DNA of 64,000 nucleotides, from positions 23,374,001 through 23,438,000 of the forward strand of contig NC_043000.1 of assembly GCF_006345805.1 (NCBI RefSeq), read 5' to 3'. The stretch is from Octopus sinensis. Lineage: Eukaryota. Below, piece after piece: positions 11,727 through 24,122 of the stretch; position 1 is the stretch's first letter; every line of letters starts with the position of its first letter. A program made the translations under genes and the position numbers. The notes beneath the pieces are model-generated. The model saw only the letters and a list, made by a program, of their open reading frames with translations. It was not told the DNA's origin and searched no databases.

Positions 11727-12324
11727 TAGGTACAAGTTCCTCACTGCAATTAAGCAACAGCTTGGTATAATTAATGCTCCACTAGATTGTATTAAGTTCA
11801 GATATAGATAATGAGAAATCTCCCTGGTATTTAATTACTTTATTTTAACAAACTGTATGTTAGAATTACAATATTATTTAATATATTTTAGCAAAGAGTT
11901 TGTAGATGCCGCCATACTGAGATGTATAAATTGTTTATCATTAATCCACTCAGTACCAAAGTAGTATTCAGCTCGTTTAATTTGAGAAATAATACTTGTG
12001 TATATGCATTATTATAATTTGATGTAGAAACAATTATTACACTCAATTTAGAAACATTTTTATTATTGTTATATCTGACATTCTCAGCTTGTTGCTGGGG
12101 CTGTCATTAATGTACCAGCTATTTACTTCCTGTGTACTAAGGTGGTATGTTCTTTTCAAGTCATGAGGACTTTGTGGAGACTCTTTGCACTGTCAGGTAT
12201 TGCTGTATTCTGGATATTGTCTGTTTTCATTTATTGCTCACTGCACCTAGGGCACCAACAATTATTAGTACTATATATACCTTTCTCATTGACCAAATTA
12301 TTATTGTTGTTGTTATCAGTGATG

Positions 12325-12860
12325 AATTGGTTGGACAAAATGCTTCACTTTATTTCTGCTGGTTTTATGTTCTCAGTTCAAATCCTGCCAAGGTCACTTT
12401 GCCTTTCATTTCTTTGGGGTCAGTAAAATAAGTACCAGTCAAGGATTGAAGTTGATGTAATTGACTTAACCCCTCCCCCAAACTTGCTGGCCTTATGCCA
12501 AAATTTGAAATCATCATCATTATCATTGCTATTGATGGCAAGCTGGCTAAACCATTAGCATGCTGGGCAAAATGCTTCATGGCATTTCTGCTGGATTTAT
12601 GTTCTGAGTTCAAATTCCATCAAGGCCAACTTTGTCTTTCATCCTTTCGAGGGTGACAAGTACCAGTTTAGCTCTGGGGTTGATATGTATGACTAGCCTT
12701 TTCTCCACCAAATTTCAGACCTTGTGCCTATAGTAGAAAGAATTATAATTATTATGAAAGCAGCCAGCTGATAGAATTATTAGATCATCAGAAAACTTTG
12801 TAGCAGTATTTCTTTCAGCTCTTAATGTTCTGGGTTCAAGTTCTGCCATCCTATTGAATC
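12325..12860 (+). mobile_element. Head-to-tail cluster of SINEs (two near-complete copies plus one partial)
   Basis: Repeated aaatgcttc...ttctgagttcaaat(t)cc...ctttgcctttcat...gtaccag core at about 12340 and 12570, and a partial head at about 12760-12850; same family as 27680-27896. Confidence 0.75.
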
Positions 12861-13819
12861 CCCCACTCCACCACCGAGTTAATATGATAGTAGTATTGGC
12901 CAAGGCACTGTTCTCTAAATTACTAAGCCTTGGGCATAAATTAGAAACTTTTGTTTTTACTGTTTTACATCAGAGGCTGAGATGGTTATGGTGTTGGAGC
13001 AAAAAGTACAGTACACTCAGCCATGATGTAGGGATTAGTCTGTTTTTTGTTAAGTTAGCTAACTTGGAGTAAGGACAAAACTTTTGAATGTGCTCAGATG
13101 TCCAAGATCCTAATTTTGTAGTCACTTTGCTTCATTACACAGGTGTGTAATTGATGAAATGTCAAACTATGTAGTTTTCTTCTCTCCAATAGATTTATTT
13201 CTGGAAGTAGCATTTTTTCTGAAATCATCTTCCGCATAATCCCACCTACATAACTGCCTCATAATGGGGAAAGAAAAAAATTAATTTCAATTTTTCTTTT
13301 TTCAAAGTCATCTTAATTTTGTGCAGCATGTAATTTAAAACAACTGAAATTTTTTTTTCTCTGGAATTATTTTGAGATTTTATATTTGAGTAATTTTTAA
13401 AATGCTAAATTACATACCATTAGTTCTACATGTTAATTATATGCAAAATTCTTAATTCTGAAAGTCTGGAGTCAGAAACTATATTCAATGGGTATGTGTT
13501 AGTTGTACATTAGTAATGAGTCTACCACTTGTATGGGAGCTATCTTCACCCAAATTTATACATGAGATCTGAAAAAGAAAACCTGGTATGTTATACAGTA
13601 CAACAATTTGGAGATTTATGTAAATAATGTAATTTTGAGTTGATCAGAGCATTCTATGTAAAGCTGAATGGAAAGTAGATTCTGTATACATCTTTTGAAG
13701 CTGTTATCTGTTTCATTTAAGTAAACAATTTCTCAGTTTGTGTAAGAGTATTTTATCACAACCTAGGCTTGATAGTAAAACATAAATTATTCAATTAGGA
13801 TAATTTATATCCTGTTTTT

Positions 13820-14600
13820 CCCTCAGCTCATTTTTGTGCTGTCACTCATATGCACATTAGCATTACTCATCCAATGGAGCAGACTTGCTTCATTTCCTTT
13901 TACCTTTCACTCATCCTCCATATTCATTGTTCATGTTTCATTGCCATGCTACATCCCACTTCATCATACACAGGTGTCATACATTTTGTCCTTTGCTCAG
14001 AGAGAAAAAAATGTTTGTTGCTCACCAAGGTATATCTCTGATTTTTTACCATCTTTTTCTTAGCTTACTCTGGCTAGTATATTTTCAGAACATCACCTCC
14101 ACTACTAATTATGTTACATGAGTAATAAAACTATCAATTACATCAATGGAACCTCCTAAGTATTTGAAAGAATTTATTTCATAAGTCTTTCTCCTGCTAT
14201 CAACCTATAGTTTACATTTCATACATCATATGGAATTCTGTTCTTTTTTGGCATAACAAAAGCATGGCCATTTCTCAGGTAGCAGAAGTGTCCTGTCTTC
14301 TCTCCTGCTAACATTTGTCTTTGCTTACTTTTCTTGAAGCCTTTCATTTTTATGCTTTGATGCAGCTCTTACAAGTTATATTTCTACATTTTTTTCTATG
14401 CAGCCCCCAAGCTATAGTGCTTGGTACCCTATCAAAGACCTTCAAATTGAAAACTACTAGGTATAGAATTGCTTCTCACTAGAAATAAAGTATTAGAAGT
14501 ACCCCATCTTGGCACAAATCCAAATTGTGCCTCTAGGTTAATTCTCTGTTACTTTCATATTATATCTACTGCCATCCATCATGAAACTTACAACTTTTCA
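13820..14600 (-). pseudogene. RTE LINE reverse-transcriptase relic
   Basis: The minus strand gives NLEAQFGFVPRWGTSNTLFLVR (cf. QFGFVPGRSTTDAIF) and GNEASLLHWMSNANVH (cf. RNEASMLRWMCNVSVH); many stops. Confidence 0.8.
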
Positions 14601-16511
14601 CTTAGACATCACCATGACCAAATAGAGCATTCCATTCCCCCAATATTCATTTACCTGTAGCTAGTATGATTAGTACATATTTCAATTAGTTTCCTTCTAT
14701 AATGTTGGTTTGTAGAGAGGAGGTTAACTCAGCCCATTCCTCAGTAACATGAAGTGACATGAACAATACCATTTTTAATATTAACACGGTGAATTCTTTG
14801 AAAGAGCATCATCATCATTGTTTAAGATCCATTTTCCATGCTGGCATGCGTTGGACAGTTCAACTGGTGTCTGGGAAGCCAGGAGGCTGCACCAGACTCC
14901 AGTCTGATCTGGCAGTGTTTCTACAGCTGGATACCCTTCCTAATGTCAACCACTCCATCTCAATATAAAATAGATGAAAAGCTTTCCCATAATGTATTCA
15001 TTGAAACCTGCATGCTCACATGTTTATGAAAGTAATTGTATACTTAATAAATACTATATCTATTTCAGTGGATATCTGTAATCCTTGGTAGATGTGAAGA
15101 GTCATATCTATTGTGGACCACTGAGATCTTGAATTTAATTTTGTAACTAACTACACACTACCATAGATTAAATCCATTCCCCCACTACAGCGTATTCTTA
15201 ATTAGTTTAATTGTGATACTGTTTCTTCTATCTTTGACCAAAAACCATTTACTGGAAGTATTTTTCTTTTCGCTACTGGTGTAATTTTAATATTTGCTGC
15301 ATTAAGTATGGTAACACTTAATTTACTATTTGTTTTTCAGACATCAGATGTTACTAAGTACTTTTCTCCAGTCAGTCTTGTGAGTGGATTTGTAGATGAA
15401 AACTGAAAAGATGTTTGTTGTGTGTGATATATGTATATATTATTCTTAAACAAAAATATTGTTGACAGTGATTTTGAAGTTTTGGCCAGTGAAGCCATTG
15501 TTACACTGTGATGCATTAAAGTTAGTCTTGCTTTAATTATAGGCTCTGTTGAGTTAAAATCTTCCTTGGATGTGTGAGCATCTGTGGAAGAGTAATTGTG
15601 TTTTGAGGGTGGGTTGTTATGGAGAGGGGTTTTGGAGAAATTTTTATTGGATTAAATTTGTGGTCATGTTATTGTTTAGAATTTATTCCTATATGTAGAA
15701 TTTTGTAAACAAGTGTATTGGTGTTTCTCTTTTGTTAGGTAGGTACAGGATGTAACAGTATTTTTGTTGTTTTTGGTATTATTGGATTTAATTCTTTTGC
15801 TTTAGCCAAAACTTACCACCTACCTACATTTTTTGTGAAAAAAATGACACACCTAATTACTAAGTATATCTGTATACATATCTATATGTGTGTGTGTGTT
15901 ACTGTCTCCTTCCCTTGACTTTGTGTGATATGCATGTGGTGTCCTACATTTTCAGTCTTCTGTGAAAGCATGTCTGGTCTTGTAGAAATTTTACTTTACT
16001 TGGAAATAGGTGAGTGTTGGTAACAGGAAAGGTATCTAGCCATACAAAACCCATCTCAACAAATTCTGTCCAACCCTTACAAGCAGGGAAAAGTGTATAC
16101 TAAAATGATGATGGTGATGATGCAGCATATATCAACAATTGCTTCTTTCTCTCCATTCAGTCTTAAATCTGAATTAGTTGATTTTACAGATAAGAGGGGA
16201 AAAAAAATGAGATTCTCTTCTAATAAAAGAGCTGGTCAAGTTCAGAAGCTTTATCCAATTACCTATGTCAAGTTTTACTCAATTCAATCTGGTGGGTGGG
16301 AGACAAAAAAATACAGCACCTGATGATCATTAAAGAATAATACCACTGGAAATGTAATTGAACACAAGATTCTTGTAAACTTTTTTGTTATAGTCAATAA
16401 TGTGTTCTGTTGGGAAGAAAAGACACTAATATCTTCAAATGAATATAACAGTTGGTGGATTTCAATCAAGTGATGTGTGCAAGAGGAATGGCAGTGTACC
16501 AAACTCTATAC

Positions 16512-16821
16512 TAGTGGTTCCCAAACTTTTTTGGGTTGCCACCCCCTTGACACCCAGGCCACATTCCTAGTGCTCCTACCCCAACTAACCATCACAAACA
16601 TAGACCACTTTCTGAAGCAAATTCAAAGCAATTGTATTTCACAAATAAAACTTAACCTAACAAACCCATTATTTTGTTGATTTTACATGAATTGCCACCC
16701 CATTATCACCACTATCTTTACATGAATCACTACCCCATTATCACCCCACTTTTCTTCAATGCCCCTTTGGAACTTTCTACCACCCCCAAGGGGGCAATAC
16801 TACCCGCTTTGGGAACCACTG
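16512..16821. mobile_element. hAT (Charlie/Buster-type) MITE
   Basis: TIRs TAGTGGTTCCCAAA / TTTGGGAACCACTG; 8-bp target duplication CTCTATAC (16504-16511) / TTCTATAC (16822-16829). Confidence 0.88.
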
Positions 16822-17363
16822 TTCTATACCTTGCAGTATTTAGCCAGTTATATTACTTTAATGTTCTGTAGTTTAAATCTGCCGAATATGATATTGCTTT
16901 TCATCTTTCAAGTGTTGATAAAATATGTACTGGTAAAATTTGTCTTTGTGTTAGTGGGAGAAATGACAAAATGTATGCTGCATAGATATTTTTCTTGTTT
17001 TACTATAAAAGTAGTAAATTCCTTTTATCCACTTCTATGAAATTACTTGTTTTTTTCCCCATTTCTTGAAAGAAAATAGTTTATTTCCTCTTAGAAATTG
17101 ACTTGGTCTTATCCTCATCTTAATCAATTCTGTCAAGGATGATACTTTGGGGGTAGTTTTTGGATTCTGCTTTATCTAACATTTATAGTCCTTCTAAACA
17201 CTGATGTAAAACTAATCATTGTTGTTGCCTAGCAGTTCCATCTTATAAACACAGAAGTTAAGTCTGTTAGTGTATTGATTTCTTTCAATACTATTTTTAA
17301 GTGTTTAAGGAAAAACATTTTGTGTTGTAATGCATTGAGTTCACTGACAGAAATTATTATTTC

Positions 17364-17625
17364 AGGCACAGATGTGGCTGTGGTTGAGAAGCTCCCTTCC
17401 CAACCATGTGGTCTCAGGTTCAGTCCCTCTGTATGGCACTTTGGGCAAGTGTCTTCTATTATAGCCCTGAGGTGATTAAGTTTTGCGAGTGGATCTGATA
17501 GGTGAAAGCTGAAAGAAGCCCATTGAATATTACCTTGCTTCAAAGCAAAAGTTGGCGACAGGAAGTGTACCCATGCAAGCATGGAAAAGTGGATGTTAAA
17601 TGATGATGATGATGATGATGATTAT
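17364..17625 (+). mobile_element. tRNA-head SINE (head H2) with RTE-type (ATG)n tail
   Basis: gtggctgtggttgagaagctcccttcccaaccatgtgg...ggttcagtccc head; ends catgcaagcatggaaaagtggatgttaaatgatgatgatg. Confidence 0.75.
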
Positions 17626-20599
17626 ATTCACACACACACACACTTCAGCTAGTATAGTTACTGACAAAGCTCGAGTAAGACCCATATTTGTAATTTCCAT
17701 TGTGTATGGTGAGAATTCATAGTTTTATCCTCAGGCAGTTTAAACAAATTTAACTAACAGTATCTTCATGATCTAACAAAATCTTAACTCTTTCAGATCT
17801 GTTATTCCATTATTCTTCTTGTGGAGAGTAGGATAGTCAGGCATTCATCAAATTTATCTAATTTTGTTATAGATATAAAAGATTTACCATTATTTCAGTT
17901 TTACTCCATATTATATGGAATAGTCTTTAAATGAAAGTATACAATTTACTTCATACTGGTACCATTACTCTGATGAAGAAAAAGGAGCCATTTTCATGGA
18001 ATTAGAAGAAGACAAGTATTGTTTTGGTAAATTCTAAAGAGCAATTATCTAATTGTCACTTGATAGCTTTATGAATTTTTAACTTTCAGTAGCAGTGTTG
18101 CAGTAGTAGTCTTTGTCAAATTTTATCTCATATATAAATTGGAAAACAGCATAACCACACTAATGTATCAAATCCATGGCTATGTGATAAATTTCTAATT
18201 TAGACTCAAGGCCAGCAATTTGGGTAAGGGGTTGGTTAGTTGATTACTTGATGGGTAGTTTATTGTATTGACTCCAATAGGATGAAAGACAAAAAAGAAA
18301 AAAAAAAAAAATTTCAGCTAGTAAAGAGCCAGAACAAATACCACAAGGCATTATATGTGATGTTCTAATGATTCTTCCTATTCACTCCACTCCTGTGGCT
18401 GGAAAATAATAAAGATTTCTTTTGAATTGACACAAGATCAATGTTTTATAGAGATATATATGCTTTCAGTATTACAAATACTATCATCCTTTATGACAGA
18501 GATAACGCAATGGTATTTGAACACAATTTTCATTTTTTTGACAAATACCAGTAATGCACTACTTTTTTTTTACATTCCTAGGTAATATGTTCTAAGGATT
18601 TTAATTAATGCTATTTGAGATTACTATGCTTGAAAAGAATTTCTAAATATGGATTTAACAATGTAGTCAAAATTCTTTAATCAATATAAATATTTGTACT
18701 ATAATTACTTGTACTTACTTATCCAGTAGATATATATTTGATGCATTCCTTTCTGAAATCCTATAAATTTTATGTTAATAAGTGTCTTAGCAGCAATGAG
18801 TTCCTGTGTCAGTTCAGTAATTCTAGAATTTTCTTCGTTTACTTTTGTTGTGGTTAGAGATAGGAATTTATCCTCTATAAATCACAATTACATCTAGTTT
18901 GATTTTTATGTGTGTGTGTGTGTTTGTGCATGTGTGCGTGTGCTTCATTTAGAATGCCAATAAACAATTATATCTAAACATAATTACAGATACACAGTAA
19001 CCAAATAGAAATGCAGCAGTTGTTATACATTCTAGTGCTACCACCTACTACTCTTGATTGAGGTTGATTAGCTTCTGAAAGAGCAAACACTTGTTCCAGC
19101 TATCTATGCAAACATATGAACTTGCACAGGCATGCAATTTACACTTGTAAAATTCAGTAGCAATTAGTGTGTAAAAATGGTTTTAGAAATAACCTTATTA
19201 TTGGAACTATGTAAAATTTTCCTGAAAATTGTTTTGTTTTTAATTTTTTTTATTTCATGTTTTACACCCAAAAATCATTGATTCTCTGGTTGTTTATCTT
19301 AGGAAGTAATTTGTTATCTTACATGTATTCTTATCTGTTATCCATGACGAAAGAGCTGTTTGTTATTGTTTTATTTTTCACCCTTGAAGTGCAAACGAAA
19401 TATTAGGAATTTAGTGAAACTTATACAGAATCATTAGTCTAATTTAGTTTTAATTGCCAGTTGGAATCCCTTAATACAAGGCATGGCCATCACAAGTTCC
19501 CATTTGCTTTTCACTTACTTGCAGCTTAATATTTTTGTAAGAAATCAATATTTTGATAATTTTATAATGTTTAACAAGATTTTAAAGAATTCACTTTGGT
19601 AACATATGAATTGAATTAGCTATTTATTATTGGATATGATTGTTTTGGTTGCGTAGGATTTATGTGATTAGAAAAAAAAAAGGTTACAAGTAGCATTCCT
19701 ATCTGTTTACTCCCTTACAAATTTTTCACACAAATACTGTTTGGTCAATGCTTAATATTTGGGCTTCAGGTTTTGAGCTGTATTGTTATAGATCTGAAAA
19801 AGTTAGTCTCTTACAAATTACATTTGTTCAGAAACAAAAGTTCAAAAGAAAAAAAGGAAAGAAAGAAAAGAAAAAGCTTTTAGTTCTTGCTAGCAATTAG
19901 AAAAAAATCTGGATAGCTTCTGCATTCTGTTCATTTGTGTAATTCTAGATTTTCTAGTGATTCAGTGATTGTTGGCTGTTAAAATAAATCTCAGCTTCTT
20001 GAATACATTAAACTAACTGATATTGCTATCTCTAATATGATTCAGTATGCGTTTAAACATTTTGATACCAAACCTCTAGTTTATTGATACAAAACTGCTT
20101 GTCTTAAAAGGATTCGTATTTAAATTAAAACCTTCCATTATAATTTTTATCCAAGATCCCCTTGTTTCAGCTATGTTTTACAAGCCAGTTTAATAACGAA
20201 AAGTTTATTTCTCTAAATCCTTTCAAATTCTTATTAATTTTCAAAATTAATAGAAACATGTAGACAGTGATGGTCATGAGATGAAAATGAAATTTATGCT
20301 GAGAAAGATACTACAATGAAGAAGGAAAAAATTTTAACATCATGGCTAACAGCAATCACATACAAAATAATTTTGAGAAAGTGGATTGCAGTGTTTAATG
20401 AATTTATATTGGATATTGAATCTGACACAGTGAGAGAAGGAGCACTATCCATTGCTCTTTTCAGAGCTTCTATAGTTGTTGGAAAAACTGTTATCCTCAG
20501 ATCAGAGACCTCTTCCAAATGTTTACAATAAAAAATTCTCATGAGCCAAGTGGTAGTGTAAATTTGAGAGAATCTCAAGTTGAAAGCATAATCATAACT

Positions 20600-21060
20600 G
20601 TTACTACTTGATGTGTGCAGGATAAGCAGTGCTCATAGCCTGTTGAGCAGAGGTGTAAACGTCTTTAATTTAACTTGAGACCAATGTAGTTTAAAGGATT
20701 ACAAAAAGTGAAAAGAAGGGGCCTATAAATTTAAAAGATATTGATTGACAAAAAACTTACAGAGGGAAAAAGGAGGATGGTAGTGAGTTCCAGAGAACAG
20801 CACTTTGAGGAAAGAAGCTATTAGAATAAAAGGACTTATGACTAACGGAAAGCTCAACAGAGAAACGATGTGCCTGGGAAGAGAAGAAGGTGAAACATGT
20901 AAAGGTTTTGGTAGAGTACTAGAGCAGAAAGCTAATCAGAACAACGATGGAAATGCTTATAGAAAAGACGCAATGAAGATACAATCTGTAAATGAGTTAA
21001 AGATTCCAAACTAATAGAAAAGGAGAGGACCCATCAACTTGATTCTGAATGAAGTAAGTT
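20600..21060 (-). pseudogene. CR1/L2-group LINE C-terminal relic
   Basis: The minus strand of 20761-20875 reads AHRFSVELSVSHKSFYSNSFFPQSAVLWNSLPSSFFP, matching the SFF..R....WNSLP C-terminal motif of CR1/L2/Jockey-group ORF2; boundaries approximate. Confidence 0.7.
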
Positions 21061-21342
21061 AGGACAAATTGTTGATAGATTTATTCATAATACTTTGGAT
21101 CTCATAAAACCCACTAAAATAGCATGTAACACAATTATTATTTGTAAAATGATTGATTAGAGGGTAGGTTAGTAGTTTAAGTTTTTGATAGTGTACAATT
21201 CTTTGCACAGAATGAAAAATTTTAGCTTTATTTCAGGCGTCTCAAGCATTTTCTATGAATGGAATACCTTAGGGAGAAACATTTTAGAACCTAAAAGATA
21301 TTTGGAAAAGTGAATTATATCTATGCTGCAAATAAACATTAA

Positions 21343-21525
21343 CCCTTTTGCTACCATATTTCTGTTGAAATGCACTGCCAAAATAATAAAGAATAACTAA
21401 TTATTAAACTGGAGTCTGGAACACAACATGAAATTTTGATGATAAATTGTAATTTAGATCACTTTAAAACAGGAAGTTTGTACCATAGGACAAAGGTGGT
21501 CTCCAGTAATTTGGTATTGAAAGGG
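21343..21525 (+). mobile_element. piggyBac-like MITE (family P2)
   Basis: TTAA|CCCTTTTG...GAAAGGG|TTGA; related copies near 25155-25345 and 58290-58548 (minus). Confidence 0.65.
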
Positions 21526-21949
21526 TTGAAAATAACATTGTGTTAGCATAATTCAGTTAGTTTTCCTTCTTTAGTAGTTTGAAAAACTTAACTTCATCAC
21601 CTGCTGCTAGTTTCAGAAATAGTCTGAATGTTATGTGTAAACCTTAAGTCAGCTTCTAAATTCAGTCTATTTCTAAATCTCATATTTGTCATTAGATACA
21701 TTAAAAATGTATGTGTAGTTTGAAAATTTTGCTTTTCATTGATAATGCACTCCAAACTTTCATCACTTCCACTTGCTGGAATTTTTAAGTATAAAATCCA
21801 TTGCAGTGAATGTTTGTTCTTCCTTTTCTTCCTTCAAAAGGTTGCTTAAATTTAATACGTCTACAAACAGCTTTTCAACTTAAATTTTGATTGACAGTTA
21901 AAAAAAAAGTACTAAAGTTTTCAAAACACTCAAGATATCCTTAGCTACA

Positions 21950-22830
21950 TGATCTCCTTAGAGTTTTAGTTTACACTTAAGACTTTGAAAGATGTTATAC
22001 TGGTACCCTGCATTACATGATTAAATCTTATTAATGTAAAATCAGAAAGTTATGCTGTTTACCCATCCAACACTTTCTTTCATTTAGTTGAAAGTTCAAA
22101 AGGATGTTCTGATAAAAATAACCCATTTCTACATGCAGTTTGAAAAGCCATATGATAAGTAGCACACTTCAGCACATAGTAATATAATTACATGCATAGT
22201 TCTTATATTTTCACATAAACTGAAGATGTACTTATGGTTTTCATTTTATAAAATTGACCAAATTTGCAGCATTGTTTATTGCTAATTTCAAATCTTGTCA
22301 ATCTTCATTGTTAGTGCCTGATGAAAAAGATAGTGAACACAATCAGCAAAATGAATTTTTTTCATTCTTGCAACAGAACTAAGAATTTTGCCTCCCATAG
22401 CTGCAGCTTCATCGATGCAAATAATTGAACAAAGTTTCCATGAAATTTCATTTTCTCTCCATAAATGAATTAAATATCGCTTTCCCTGTAGCATGACTTT
22501 CCAAAGGTTGGCAAATTAATAAGTCTTTTTCAATGCCACTTTCATAAATAGAATAAACAAACTCAAGCAAAACTGCTAATCCAACAGCATCTGTTGACTC
22601 ATGTTTTTCAAGAGAGAATGTTGAGCTTATTTTAACCTGTCTCATTAACTCAGTTTGACAAAAATTTAACATTTCATGAAATATACCTTGAGACTGCACA
22701 GATATTAAGTTTTCTGCAATTGCTTCTGCTTCACCTGTTTTTGCTAGCCTGTAACCAATGCAATATGAGCCAAAAAATAAAGCCGTCGTTTGATTCAATT
22801 CCAAACACATCCTTTATGAATTTCTTCACT
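21950..22830 (-). pseudogene. hAT Buster/Charlie (ZBED5/FAM200-like) transposase relic
   Basis: ORF fragments SYCIGYRLAKTGEAEAIAENLI, FSLEKHESTDAVGLAVLLEFV (cf. FSLQLDESTD..LLVFVRY) and CSIICIDEAAAMGG (cf. C.GICTDGAAAM.G). Confidence 0.85.
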
Positions 22831-23036
22831 GAGATTTAAAAAAAAAAATGTTTTGTCTCTGAATGTCTCGCTATCTAATTTATAGGGCTGATATGTATCA
22901 CTAATGAAAGTTTAGTTGTTTGAATATTTAATTAAGGTGTGAAACAAGTAGTTCTGTTCACATCCAACTCTATACAGAGAATTGGTATTAAGGTACATTC
23001 TACATATACTTTTCAACTTCTTATTATTTTGAAATA

Positions 23037-23906
23037 CGAGGGTAATCCCAAAAATAAGGTCTCCAAAAATACTTAGAAATCACGGAAACAGTTATTGTCA
23101 ATGATGTTTACATCATTTTAAAGTTTGAACATTTATCTATTTTTCTACATAATTGCCATTTCGGTCGATGCATTTTTGTAGGCGTTGGGGCAGTTTTTGT
23201 ATGCCCATGTCATACCAGCTCACTGCTATGTTGTTGAGGAAGTGTTGAACCTCATCTTTTACCCCATCGTTGTTGCTGAAGCACGTTCCAGCCAAATGTT
23301 CTTTCAGCTTAGGGAACAGGTGATAGTCACTGGAAGCCAAGTCCAGACTATGAGGTGGGTTGCTGTTTATGGTCTTCTGTGAACATTTGTGAGACCCATC
23401 TTGTGCATATCTTCCAATATTGCAACTCAAAACCCTATGAATGGTGCTTCAGGAAACCTCAGGAACCAAAATGCGGAGATCATCCAGAGTGATCTGCCAA
23501 TTTTCATGCAGGATTTGCTCAACCATTGCAATTGTCTTGTCATAAATTGATGATTGCCTGCTTCTTTCTTCATCATGAATTTCAGGATGACCAGCTGCAA
23601 ACTCCCTACAGCACTTGCGGATGTTTTTGACATCCACGCATGAATCACCATTCACTTCCATTAATTGGTGATGAATTTCAATTGGTTTAATGCTTTTTGC
23701 ATTCAAAAACTTAATATCTGTGTGAACTTCATATTTGGTGGTAGCATCAATCGAGAGTGCCATCAGATACGACTGCCAAGCCAAGACTGAGTGTGGCAGT
23801 GAGGCGCATGCAGGTGCAACAAACACAACAGTATTGCCAATAGCCGCATGCATAGTTTCCCTGCGTCCCCAGCACTTTGGAGACCTTACCTTTGGGATTA
23901 CTCTCA
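23037..23906 (-). mobile_element. Internally deleted mariner element (DD34D-type, Hsmar/SETMAR-like)
   Basis: 31-bp TIRs with 4 mismatches at 23037-23067 and 23876-23906; TA duplications; N-terminal HTH (IKFLNAKSIKPIEIHHQL...HDEERS) joined directly to the C-terminus PPHSLDLASSDYHLFPKLKEHL...KCIDRNGNYVEK*. Confidence 0.92.
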
Positions 23907-23999
23907 TATATTACTGTATGTATTACAAGCTATACAAACACATACAAAATTTGTGTGTGTATATATTAAAGGACACTCAACACATTTAGTAGAAGTTAC

Positions 24000-24122
24000 A
24001 TATATTATTTAAAGCAATTTGATTCAGTTTTATCCTCGAACAGAACCTGTTCTCTTTCAGCTGTCAGAGGCCAGCGAAACTAAGTTGCACAGAACTGAAT
24101 CAAATTGCTCTAAATAATATAT
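24000..24122. mobile_element. 123-bp mini-MITE with 30-bp TIRs in a TA context
   Basis: ATATATTATTTAAAGCAATTTGATTCAGTT (24000-24029) versus AACTGAATCAAATTGCTCTAAATAATATAT (24093-24122), 1 mismatch. Confidence 0.7.

Noticed and set aside
20294-20578. Antiparallel 94-aa and 71-aa ORFs as host exons
   Set aside because: No convincing splice signals or recognisable motif, and they are adjacent to a CR1-like relic, so probably decayed LINE sequence.
21238-21309. Exon candidate GVSSIFYEWNTLGRNILEPKRYLEK
   Set aside because: The peptide resembles the LINE C-terminal F...EWN.L motif and has no partner exons; more likely a retroelement scrap.
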